This document shows positions 28,005 to 37,133 of a DNA stretch of 64,000 nucleotides, in pieces (the stretch's first letter is position 1; every line of letters begins with the position of its first letter). The notes under the pieces are model-generated. The model worked only from the letters and a program-made list of their open reading frames with translations, did no database searches and was not told where the DNA came from. Where the stretch lies: the NCBI GenBank assembly GCA_963752155.1, contig CAVVXH010000006.1, positions 217,809 through 281,808 on the forward strand. Reading direction: 5' to 3'. Both the position numbers and the translations under genes were made by a program. The DNA is from an uncultured Parachlamydiaceae bacterium. GTDB lineage: Bacteria > Chlamydiota > Chlamydiia > Chlamydiales > Parachlamydiaceae.

Positions 28005-29786
28005 ATGCTAAAAAAATGTATATTTCTATTTACGGCAACGTATGGATTGCTATTTTTTGTCGAGGCTCGTGGGAACATTTCCTATCAAGTTAAATTTGAA
28101 GGAGTCAATGGACAAGATGTCATTGAAGCCTTAAAAATAGCCTCTCAGCTAGAAAATTTATCCGAACACTCTGCTGCTTCCTTAGGAGTACTGAAACGTA
28201 GAGCTGAAGCAGATATAGAAAATTTTGTAAAAGTCCTTCATAGCCTAGCATATTACAATGCGCAGGTTCAATACACCATTGATAAAAGCGTTGAACCCTA
28301 CCAAATTCATTTCAAAATAGACTTAGGACCCATTTATCCCTTAGCAGAATTCCGTTTAATCCCTGTTTCTAAAACATCTTCCTTTTGTCTAGATGAGATC
28401 TCTCTTGGAGATCTCGGAGTAGTATTAGGAAATCCTGCTTATCCTGAAGAGATCATTCAAGCAGAAGAAGTGCTATTACAACATCTGGCTCAAAAAGGAT
28501 ACCCTGAAGCTTCTATAAAAAAAAGAGAAGTCAAAGCTGATCAGATCAAAAAAGAGATCCATGTTACATTGGAAATAGATAGTGGGAATAAAGCTTATTT
28601 TGGAATCACTAAAATCTCCGGAACTACATCGGTAAGAAATTATTTCTTTCAAAAAAAAATTCTTTGGGAAGCTGGATCCCCCTTTAATGTAACAGATGTA
28701 GATCGCACCCAAAAGGCCCTTGAAGGAACCGGCTTATTTAGATCCGTCGTCATTACCCACGGAGATTTAGATCCTGAAACAAGTCTTTTGCCTATTGAAA
28801 TTCAGGTAATAGAATCAAAACATCGCAGTGTTGGCGGAGGAATCAGTTTTACAACTCAACGTGGCATCGGAGGATTAGCAGAATGGGATCATCGCAATGT
28901 CCGAGGGGTGGGTGAAAGAATCAATATCCGTGCAAGTGCATGGAAAGATACTCAAGATGCGAGATTTTCTTATGTGCTTCCCGATTTTAAACAGGCCAAT
29001 GAAGATCTCTTATTGTTAGCTGAAGTGGAGAATGAATCTATCAAAGCTTATAGTGAAACATCTTTCAGCTTCTCAGGGACTTTTGATCGGAAAATCAGAG
29101 AACGTTTACGATTTTCCTATGGGTTGATGTACAAATCTATTTATACACGCCGCTCCGACAATAACGGTGGTTTCCATCTTGTTAAAATGCCTCTGCAATT
29201 CCGTTGGAGCACAGCAAATGATTTGTTAGACCCCACACACGGATATTCGATCAATTTAAAGACAGAACCCACAATTCAGCTTCGAGGACATCCCTATACC
29301 TATTACCCAAGCACTTACACAGGAACGTGGTATTACCCACTTACCGATCGTTTTGTTTTTGCTGCAAAGGGCGTTCTAGGTAGCATTATTGGGTCTTCCC
29401 GTCATGAAATTCCTCCTTCAGAGCGCTTTTATGCCGGTTCTGAAAGTACTTTACGCGGCTATAGCTACTTAACAGTAAGCCCGCTAGGAGATGACGGGGG
29501 TCGTCATAATAGGCCTATTGGAGGTCGATCGATTGCAGTATTAAGCCTAGAAGCCCGCTTGCGTTTATCAGAAATCGTTGGATTTGTTGCATTTTATGAA
29601 ATAGGCAATGTTTTTAAACGCTCAGTACCAGACCTCAATCACAAACAGTTACAATCCGTGGGAGTAGGTTTGCGCTATCACACAGCCATTGGACCTATCC
29701 GTTTTGATTTAGCACTTCCTCTTAATCGAAGGAGAAAAATCGACGCCCCCTTTCAAGGATATATTAGTATAGGTCAATCTTTTTAA
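28005..29786 (+). CDS. tamA: Omp85-family outer-membrane protein, TamA-like
   Basis: Signal peptide, POTRA-like N-part, and a C-terminal barrel with FYAGSESTLRGY and terminal ISIGQSF. About 590 aa and directly upstream of tamB. Confidence 0.8.
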   Translation: MLKKCIFLFTATYGLLFFVEARGNISYQVKFEGVNGQDVIEALKIASQLENLSEHSAASLGVLKRRAEADIENFVKVLHSLAYYNAQVQYTIDKSVEPYQIHFKIDLGPIYPLAEFRLIPVSKTSSFCLDEISLGDLGVVLGNPAYPEEIIQAEEVLLQHLAQKGYPEASIKKREVKADQIKKEIHVTLEIDSGNKAYFGITKISGTTSVRNYFFQKKILWEAGSPFNVTDVDRTQKALEGTGLFRSVVITHGDLDPETSLLPIEIQVIESKHRSVGGGISFTTQRGIGGLAEWDHRNVRGVGERINIRASAWKDTQDARFSYVLPDFKQANEDLLLLAEVENESIKAYSETSFSFSGTFDRKIRERLRFSYGLMYKSIYTRRSDNNGGFHLVKMPLQFRWSTANDLLDPTHGYSINLKTEPTIQLRGHPYTYYPSTYTGTWYYPLTDRFVFAAKGVLGSIIGSSRHEIPPSERFYAGSESTLRGYSYLTVSPLGDDGGRHNRPIGGRSIAVLSLEARLRLSEIVGFVAFYEIGNVFKRSVPDLNHKQLQSVGVGLRYHTAIGPIRFDLALPLNRRRKIDAPFQGYISIGQSF

Positions 29787-29796
29787 TGGATTTCTC

Positions 29797-31461
29797 ATGA
29801 ATTTTTTACGTAATTTTATTTGTTTGCTCTTTATTATTTTAATCACCGCAATTTTGCTTGTGAATTCAGAAGCCGTTCGCAGTAAGGCCAAAGAATGGGT
29901 TCAAGCTGAATTTAAGAAAAGCACCGGTTTTACTCTTCAGGTGGATCGAGTCGAGTTCGATTTTCCACGCTCTGTAGTTCTTCACAATATTGTGCTTACA
30001 GATACACCTCAAGGAGCATTTAGCGCTAAAAAAATAACTCTGACAACTCCGATGCTAAAAATTATTTTTGGTGATAGAAATAAGTTATCCGCACTCATTC
30101 ATCTTGAAGGATTGGAATCCGATAATCCATCTCTTTCCTTTATACCGACAAGTCTTCAGACACTGCTGACATGGAGCGCTGTGGAGCGTGTTATTGAAGG
30201 AGAGATCTTTCAGTTAGAGTCTACCCGCCTTCCATTTTCCTACTCACTTGAAAACAAAGGGCCAACTGATCACTCTCAAAATCAGAATTTAGCTTCTAAG
30301 GGCAAATTTACAATCAGGCTAGCAGCACCTAATGAAACTGTTCATACTTTTTCATCCACTGTAGAAAGAGCTAAAACGATAGGCTTTATTCTTGAAGAGA
30401 TTACAGGCTCCGGAAAATGGGATATGCTTCACAATCAAGGAACGTTTTTTTTGTTAGCTAACAGTATTCACTCTAGAAACTTTTCGCTTTCAAATTTTGG
30501 AATCAATATAGAGAACGATCCAAATACAGGTCACTGGCATTATCAATTCACTACCGATGGCAAAGCAGTAGACCCCTTTAAAGCAGCACTTAAAGGTTTT
30601 TTTGGATTCGTAGATGGGGTCCCGCAATTGATGTTCAATGATTTGAAACTAGAAAGCGATGAATATTCAATTGCTCTAAAAGAGCCCTTTCATCTCCGTT
30701 TAGAAGATGATTTAGATTTCGTTATCTCCCAGGCTCACTTCAACTTTAATGATCACGATTTATACCTAAGCGGACGTGCCAATCTAGACGAAGTAGACTT
30801 AAAAATGGATCTCTTTAAACATCCTTTCAGTTACACCATCCCAGGAGAGGAATATCCCATGACAGGGGTCCTCACAGGAAGTTTTTTTTTACAAGGAACT
30901 CCAGTCAACTTACATGGAAGAGCTGAAGTTAAGGTAAGCACTTTTAGCTATACCTTGCCTGGAGAAATCTCCCCTTTAACCGGAGAATTTTCAGGAGTTA
31001 TTTCTGTGCAGAAAATGTACGATACTCTACATGGAGCTGCCGAACTTAATTTGAAGTCTTTTTGCTACGCCTTTCCAGGAACCCATTCGATTAGCTTTGA
31101 AGGACTTTCCGGAACGATTTCACTTTTAGGAACTCCAGATAATCTACATGGGGGAGCCGATATTAAAATCAATTCCTGCAGTATAACACCCCCTGGAATG
31201 GCTTCTCCTATTACCGGAGCCCTTTCAGGAGTTATTTCAGTAGAAGGTTCCCTCGAAGATTTACATGGGGGAGCTGATTTAAAATTAAATTCGATAGTGA
31301 TCAACCATCCGTTTATTAATAAAAAGACATTATTTCAAATCGGGCTCACCGCTTCACTTTTAGGAGATGCCATCGCCATTAAAGGCGATTTACAAGATCG
31401 AGACGTAAAACTTCTTGAATGGGAAGGACATTGCCCTATCAAAAAAAAAATGGATTTATGA
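29797..31461 (+). CDS. tamB: TamB-like translocation/assembly module protein, N-terminal portion (frame ends just after an A10 run)
   Basis: N-terminal membrane anchor and repeated ~38-aa beta-helix-like units (..PG....P.TG..SG.I...G....LHGGA..K..S). Confidence 0.7.
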   Translation: MNFLRNFICLLFIILITAILLVNSEAVRSKAKEWVQAEFKKSTGFTLQVDRVEFDFPRSVVLHNIVLTDTPQGAFSAKKITLTTPMLKIIFGDRNKLSALIHLEGLESDNPSLSFIPTSLQTLLTWSAVERVIEGEIFQLESTRLPFSYSLENKGPTDHSQNQNLASKGKFTIRLAAPNETVHTFSSTVERAKTIGFILEEITGSGKWDMLHNQGTFFLLANSIHSRNFSLSNFGINIENDPNTGHWHYQFTTDGKAVDPFKAALKGFFGFVDGVPQLMFNDLKLESDEYSIALKEPFHLRLEDDLDFVISQAHFNFNDHDLYLSGRANLDEVDLKMDLFKHPFSYTIPGEEYPMTGVLTGSFFLQGTPVNLHGRAEVKVSTFSYTLPGEISPLTGEFSGVISVQKMYDTLHGAAELNLKSFCYAFPGTHSISFEGLSGTISLLGTPDNLHGGADIKINSCSITPPGMASPITGALSGVISVEGSLEDLHGGADLKLNSIVINHPFINKKTLFQIGLTASLLGDAIAIKGDLQDRDVKLLEWEGHCPIKKKMDL

Positions 31462-32786
31462 TCACACCATCCGAGGATCAAGAAATGGCGATCCATCTTT
31501 CCGGCAATCTTGACATCGTTAAATATTTCCGTAAAGCGATTGCTTCAGATTTATGGCTAACAGGAGACGCGATTGCATCCATTGATATCGGAGGCCCCTT
31601 TCACGCTCCTGAAATCACCGGAAATATAAAATGGGATCGAGGCAGCCTAGAATATTGGGAAAAAGGAATTCTCTTTCATAGTGCTCAGGCAGATTTTCAG
31701 CTCAGTAATGATAAAATTGTTCTCAATTCCTTACAAGCTTATGATGAATCTGGAGGAAAAGTGGTTGCCACCGGGATCGCCGATCTCGCCTCGACATTGG
31801 ATTTCCCTTTTCGCATAAATTTAGGAGTCGAACATAGCCGTTTGTTAAATCTCGATACTGTTTCCATTTTTCTGTCTGGGAAAGGGACGCTTATCGGAGA
31901 TATCAAAGGAGCTACATTGAAAGGAGAATTTACTGCCGACAACGTGGATTACATTGTGAAAGACGGGACTTCGTTTAAAGCAAGCAACCTTGATGTCGTC
32001 TATGTGAATCAAAATCCTAATGAACCTTCTCCAACACAAGTGAATAAAATTTCCGATCAGTGGCCCATCTACTACGATGTCCATGTTCAAAACAAAGGAA
32101 ACATTGCGATCTACAATAAGGAATTTCATTCAGAGTGGAAAGGCGATCTTAAAATTGCAGGCAACAATACTCAACCTTTATTTTCCGGTGATCTTCGTCT
32201 TTTAAAAGGGGAATATTTATTTAATGGGAAAAAGTTAAAAGTTACCGAGGGAATCATCTCTTTTGCCGGAGAATTGCTTAAAAAAACGTCCCTTTATTTG
32301 ATTGTCGAAATGGAACTTGATCGCATAGTAGCTCAGATTGTTCTTAAAGGACCCATCGATAACCCTTCCATCGCTTTTCAATCAACTCCACCAATGTCAC
32401 AAAGAGAAATTCTTTCATGGGTCTTGTTTGGAAGAGGGATGCAAGATATTACACCGTTCCAAGAAACAGAACTGGTGCAGTCGCTCAACGATCTTAAGCG
32501 AAAAAGCGGTTCTGAATCAAATTTGCTCTCTCGTCTCAAAGAAAGCCTTGGACTTGACCGAATAGACATCAGCAGAGGCGATGGTGGGACCAATGAAGAG
32601 ATTTCACTACAGGTGGGAAAATACATCTTGCCAGAAGTTTTTCTAGGCATTAAACGCAATATGAATTCCGATGTCAATCGTATTGGAATTGAAGCAAGTC
32701 TAATAAAAAATGTCAAAATTGAGGCCGAAGTTGGGGATCACGATTCTGGGGCTCAATTGCATCTCAAATGGAAGCACGATTATTAA
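31419..32786 (+). CDS. tamB: TamB-like protein, C-terminal portion (DUF490-type end), shifted by one nucleotide (-1 slip or +1 A needed to fuse) relative to 29797..31461
   Basis: C-terminal ISLQVGKYILPEVFLGIKRN...IEAEVGD...LHLKWKHDY pattern. The real coding part probably starts at the A10 run (31441-31450), not at the listed ATG. Confidence 0.7.
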   Translation: MGRTLPYQKKNGFMITPSEDQEMAIHLSGNLDIVKYFRKAIASDLWLTGDAIASIDIGGPFHAPEITGNIKWDRGSLEYWEKGILFHSAQADFQLSNDKIVLNSLQAYDESGGKVVATGIADLASTLDFPFRINLGVEHSRLLNLDTVSIFLSGKGTLIGDIKGATLKGEFTADNVDYIVKDGTSFKASNLDVVYVNQNPNEPSPTQVNKISDQWPIYYDVHVQNKGNIAIYNKEFHSEWKGDLKIAGNNTQPLFSGDLRLLKGEYLFNGKKLKVTEGIISFAGELLKKTSLYLIVEMELDRIVAQIVLKGPIDNPSIAFQSTPPMSQREILSWVLFGRGMQDITPFQETELVQSLNDLKRKSGSESNLLSRLKESLGLDRIDISRGDGGTNEEISLQVGKYILPEVFLGIKRNMNSDVNRIGIEASLIKNVKIEAEVGDHDSGAQLHLKWKHDY

Positions 32787-32804
32787 CAGATTATTAACTA
32801 AAAT

Positions 32805-32833
32805 TTGACATTATATTAATTATTATATATAAA
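32805..32833 (+). promoter_or_regulatory. Sigma-70-like promoter of paralog 1
   Basis: TTGACA (32805-32810), 17-nt spacer, TATAAA (32828-32833). The equivalent box is conserved upstream of all three paralogs. Confidence 0.5.
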
Positions 32834-32913
32834 TGGAGATGTGAGGTAAATTATTTTTAATATCATTAGATTGACATTAAAAACTTACAAATAATTTTAA
32901 GTAAGGAGAAATT

Positions 32914-34698
32914 ATGGAATCATTACAACCAGCAGGCATAACAAGTATCCATTTAGGACAAACATTTCCTCAAGGAATCAAAGTAGATCTTGACAAACTA
33001 CCTTATGATGTCTTCATGAACATTATAAATTCTCTAGACAACGAAGAGGGTGTCAGCAACACACTTTCAAATGAAGAGATCAAACAATTTACATTACAAT
33101 CAAATGAAAAAGGAAGCCATTACATTAAGGCTGCAGTAGAATTATTATCTAAAAATTTGACAGAGGATAAAGACCATGAGTTGAGAGATGATATCTCAAA
33201 TATCAGCACAAATAAAATTAAAGATTCAAAAAATATAAACGAAGTAAGATCATCAATTTTAGATGCAGAAGGTCAATTAATAAAATCTCTTTCAAAATTA
33301 AATGCTCAAGACTTAAATAAACTATTGAATTCCTGTTTAGAATCACATGGTGGAATTGAAACTTATAAAGATATAATTCCATTGATTAAAGAAGTCATCG
33401 ATCAAACATCCGAACTTTTTGATCCATTAAAATTTCAATCTAAAATGGAAAATGTGAAAAAAATAGAAAACTCTGAAGATAAAGTCAATTCTTTAGTTTC
33501 TATTCTACTACCTTACCTTCATAAAAACTTAAATAACTCACCTGAATTTCGGGAATTAATATCTTCAATAGATATGGGCACCCTAGTTAATTCAGAAGAG
33601 GCCTACAGTCTTGAGGCCAAAATGGGAATTGCTGCGTTTGATAAAATAAAAAGTGGCGAAGAAAAATATAATTATTTTATGAGTCTCTGGAACGGACCAG
33701 GTAAGAGTTTAGAACTAGTTCAGTTACTTCATAAAATACCTTCCCCAGAACGTATTGCACTTGAAGTGGCAAAATATGCTTTTAAAGAAGGTGATGACGA
33801 TAAAGCACTCGAAGCTATTAAATTAAGTCCAGTAGACGAAAGGGGTAAAGTCATAATTTCATTTTGCGAACAATTGCTTAATGAAAATAAATATGATAAA
33901 ATTGAAGAGTTTCTTGCATATCTACCTGCCCAACGATCCTTGCCGCATAGTTACGAAACGGCTCTCCAGGGAATACTCCTAAGTGTTACCGAAGAGTATA
34001 TTGATCTTGGCAAATACGATGAAGCTAAAAGGTTTGTAGAAATTATTCTTTCTATTAATCATGATCAAACCGATGATAACAGAAGAGTGAGTCGTGTACA
34101 GGTCTTTTTCAACATGGCCGCACGACTTCTTCTCGAAAATACCGCTATCCCAGAAGGAATGGAGATTCTAAAGTCGCTTTTAGAAACAGAAAAAGAAATC
34201 CATTCTTTTAAAGCAATTAGCGGAGTCCGATCTTGTGTGTCATTGTCGGTAAAGCTTGCTCAACGAGGTCAATATGATGATGCTCTTAAATGCGTTAATT
34301 TAATTACCGATATTCCTTCAGGAATTAGATCTGTGCAACCAGAATTAAAGACTTCCGCTCTTTATGATATCTTTAAGCTCCTTTTCGAAAGAGGCCTTAC
34401 AGAAAAAGCATTACAAGTTGCAGAATCTCTCGATGCAGGCTCTTATAAAGATAAGGCATATAAATTAATTTCTGAAAAATATGCTAATCGTGGCGATTAT
34501 CCATCGGCAGTAAAAAATGCCCAGATAATTCAAGATAAGACAATAGCAAGTGCAACTTATACTTATATCTGTAAAAAGATTTGTTCTAGAAATGACTTTG
34601 AATTTGCTAAAATTGTAGCAAATTCTATAGAAATTGATGAAGATAAAGAAAAAGTTTTAAACTTTATAAAAGAAATGGAATTTCCAAAAAAACGTTAA
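32914..34698 (+). CDS. Paralog 1 of a tandem three-gene family (594 aa; helical TPR-like C-terminal half)
   Basis: AAGGAG SD. Collinear similarity to 34983..36761 and 37134..38921 along the whole length. N-terminal LPYDVFMNIINSLD motif. Confidence 0.8.
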   Translation: MESLQPAGITSIHLGQTFPQGIKVDLDKLPYDVFMNIINSLDNEEGVSNTLSNEEIKQFTLQSNEKGSHYIKAAVELLSKNLTEDKDHELRDDISNISTNKIKDSKNINEVRSSILDAEGQLIKSLSKLNAQDLNKLLNSCLESHGGIETYKDIIPLIKEVIDQTSELFDPLKFQSKMENVKKIENSEDKVNSLVSILLPYLHKNLNNSPEFRELISSIDMGTLVNSEEAYSLEAKMGIAAFDKIKSGEEKYNYFMSLWNGPGKSLELVQLLHKIPSPERIALEVAKYAFKEGDDDKALEAIKLSPVDERGKVIISFCEQLLNENKYDKIEEFLAYLPAQRSLPHSYETALQGILLSVTEEYIDLGKYDEAKRFVEIILSINHDQTDDNRRVSRVQVFFNMAARLLLENTAIPEGMEILKSLLETEKEIHSFKAISGVRSCVSLSVKLAQRGQYDDALKCVNLITDIPSGIRSVQPELKTSALYDIFKLLFERGLTEKALQVAESLDAGSYKDKAYKLISEKYANRGDYPSAVKNAQIIQDKTIASATYTYICKKICSRNDFEFAKIVANSIEIDEDKEKVLNFIKEMEFPKKR

Positions 34699-34708
34699 TT
34701 GAGTTCTC

Positions 34709-34850
34709 GGGCAAGCAAGGACGGCAAGGACAACAGGCAAGGACGAAAAGGACAGAGGTAGTACCCTGTCATCCATGATCTATAGTGTCGTCCTTGCTGT
34801 CCTTGTCGTCCTTGTGCCGTCCTTGCCGTCCTTGCCTTCCTTTCAAAATA
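34709..34850. repeat. AAGGAC-type palindrome (family E) directly after paralog 1
   Basis: GGCAAGCAAGGACGGCAAGGACAACAGGCAAGGACGAAAAGGACAG ... GTCGTCCTTGCTGTCCTTGTCGTCCTTGTGCCGTCCTTGCCGTCCTTGCC. Confidence 0.85.
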
Positions 34851-34878
34851 AAAGTATCAACTAAAAAATAACTAAAGT

Positions 34879-34907
34879 TTGACATTATATTAGCCACTCT
34901 ATATAAT
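34879..34907 (+). promoter_or_regulatory. Sigma-70-like promoter of paralog 2
   Basis: TTGACA (34879-34884), 17-nt spacer, TATAAT (34902-34907). Confidence 0.55.
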
Positions 34908-34982
34908 TCTAGGCAAACTATTCTTAATATCATAAGAATGACATTAAAAACTTACAAATAATATTAAATAAGGAGTGAAATT

Positions 34983-36761
34983 ATGGAATCATTACAATCA
35001 GGCATAACAAGTATCAATTTAGGACAAACATTTCCTCAAGGAATGAAAGTAGATTTTGACAAACTTCCTTATGATGCCTTCATGAACATCGTGAATTCTC
35101 TAGATAACGAAGAGGGTGTCAGCAACACATTTTCAAATGAAGAGATTAAGCAATTTACATTGCAATCAAATGAAAAAGGAAGCCATTATATCAAAGCTGC
35201 AATAGAATTATTATGTAAAAATTTGACAGATGATAAGTATAGGTATGTTAAAGATGATATCTCATCATTTCGCACAGATGATATTAAAAAATCAAAAAAT
35301 ATAAGAGAAGTTAAATCATCAATTTTACTTAAAGAAACTCAATTAATAGATAGGCTATCTAGATTAGATACTCAGGATTTAAATAAACTATTGAATTCCT
35401 GCTTAGAATCATCTGAAGGAATTGAAACTTATAAAGATATAATACCATTTATTAAAGAAGTCATCAATCAAACATCCGAACTTTTTGATCCATTAAAATT
35501 TCGTTCGAAAATTGAAAATGCAAAAAAAATAGAGGACTCCGAAAATAAAGTGAACGCAGTAGTATCTATATTCTTGCCTTATGTTCAGAGAAATCTACAC
35601 CTTGCACCTTTTTTTCAAACATTAAAAGCTTCAGTGGACAATCTATTCAATTCAGAAAATGAAGCCCGTAGTTTCGAAACCAAGATGTCAATTGCTCGGT
35701 TTGCTCAAGAAGATGTAGAAGACAGGTATGATTATTTTGTGAGTATCTGGAACGGACCAGGTAAGAGCTTAGAATTTGTTCAGTTACTTCATAAAATACC
35801 TTCCTCAGAACCTATTGCACTTGAAGTGGCAAAATTTGCTTTTAAAGAAGGTGATGAAGGTAAGGCTCTTGAAGCTATTAAATTAAGTTCAGAAAACGAA
35901 AGAGGTAAAGTCATACTTTCATTTTGTGAACAATTACTTAAAGAAAAAAAATATGATAAAATTGAAGAGTTTCTTGCATATCTCCCTACCCAACGATCCT
36001 GGGATCATAGTTACGAAACGGCTCTTCAGGAACTACTTACAAAAGTTATCGATGAGTATATTGATCTTGGCAAATACGATGAAGCTAAAAAGTTGGTGGA
36101 AACTATTTTTTCTAGTGGTCGTGATCAAACCGATGATAGCAGAAAAGTGACTCAAATAAAGATCTTTATCAACATGGGCACACGACTCCTTCTCGAAAAT
36201 AACGCTATCACAGAAGGATTGGAGATTCTAAAGTCAATTTTAGAAACAGAAAAAGAAATCCATTCTTTTAAAGCAATGAGCGGAATCCGTTCTTGTGTGT
36301 CATTATCAAAGACGCTTGCTGAACGAGGTCAATATGATGATGCTTTAAAATGCGTTAATTTAATTGCTGATATTCCTTCAGGAATTAGATCATCAGTGCA
36401 ACCAGAATTGAAGACTTCCGCTCTTAATGATATCTTTATGCTCCTTCTCGCAAGAGGATTTACAGAAAAAGCATTACAAGTTGCAGAATCTCTCGATATA
36501 GGCTCTTCTAAAGATGAGGCATATAGAATAATTTCTTCTAGATATGCCATTCATGGCGATTATCCATCGGCAGTAAAAAATGCTCAGATAATTCAAGATA
36601 AGATGAAAGCAAGTGTAGCCTTTACTTATATCTGTAAAAAGATTTGTTTTAGAAATGACTTTGAACTTGCTAAAGTTGTAGCAAATTCTATAGAAATTGA
36701 TGAAGATAAAGAACAAGTTTTAAACTTTATAAAAGAAATGGAAATTCCAAAAAAACGCTAA
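34983..36761 (+). CDS. Paralog 2 of the tandem family (592 aa)
   Basis: AAGGAG SD. Highly similar to paralog 1 from MESLQ to the C-terminal IEIDEDKE.VLNFIKEME.PKKR. Confidence 0.8.
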   Translation: MESLQSGITSINLGQTFPQGMKVDFDKLPYDAFMNIVNSLDNEEGVSNTFSNEEIKQFTLQSNEKGSHYIKAAIELLCKNLTDDKYRYVKDDISSFRTDDIKKSKNIREVKSSILLKETQLIDRLSRLDTQDLNKLLNSCLESSEGIETYKDIIPFIKEVINQTSELFDPLKFRSKIENAKKIEDSENKVNAVVSIFLPYVQRNLHLAPFFQTLKASVDNLFNSENEARSFETKMSIARFAQEDVEDRYDYFVSIWNGPGKSLEFVQLLHKIPSSEPIALEVAKFAFKEGDEGKALEAIKLSSENERGKVILSFCEQLLKEKKYDKIEEFLAYLPTQRSWDHSYETALQELLTKVIDEYIDLGKYDEAKKLVETIFSSGRDQTDDSRKVTQIKIFINMGTRLLLENNAITEGLEILKSILETEKEIHSFKAMSGIRSCVSLSKTLAERGQYDDALKCVNLIADIPSGIRSSVQPELKTSALNDIFMLLLARGFTEKALQVAESLDIGSSKDEAYRIISSRYAIHGDYPSAVKNAQIIQDKMKASVAFTYICKKICFRNDFELAKVVANSIEIDEDKEQVLNFIKEMEIPKKR

Positions 36762-36772
36762 TTGAGTTTCTC

Positions 36773-36855
36773 GGGCAAGCAAGGACGAAAAGGACAGGGG
36801 TACCCTGTCATCCTAATGATCTATAGTGTCGTCCTTGCTGTCCTTGCCGTCCTTA
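36773..36855. repeat. AAGGAC-type palindrome (family E, short copy) directly after paralog 2
   Basis: GGGCAAGCAAGGACGAAAAGGACAGGGGTACCCTGTCATCC...GTCGTCCTTGCTGTCCTTGCCGTCCTT. Confidence 0.8.
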
Positions 36856-36907
36856 AATTCTTAAGAAAAATCCAAACACAAACAAAACAAAAGTGTCAAC
36901 TAAAAAT

Positions 36908-36936
36908 TTGACATTTTATTAAATAACATGTATAAC
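36908..36936 (+). promoter_or_regulatory. Sigma-70-like promoter of paralog 3
   Basis: TTGACA (36908-36913), 17-nt spacer, TATAAC (36931-36936). Confidence 0.45.
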
Positions 36937-37133
36937 TAAAAGTAAGTAAGTATAGGACTCATATCAGTTAGCATTTTATCTAAAAACAAGAGGTGCATCC
37001 ATGGAATCATTAATAGAAATGCAATTTACAACTAACATCTTTAAACAAAATTCTCATTTAATAACATCCACATATCAACTAAATAAAAGAAATTTAAATA
37101 TCTATTTGATTCCTGTTAAAACAGGAGGAAAAT

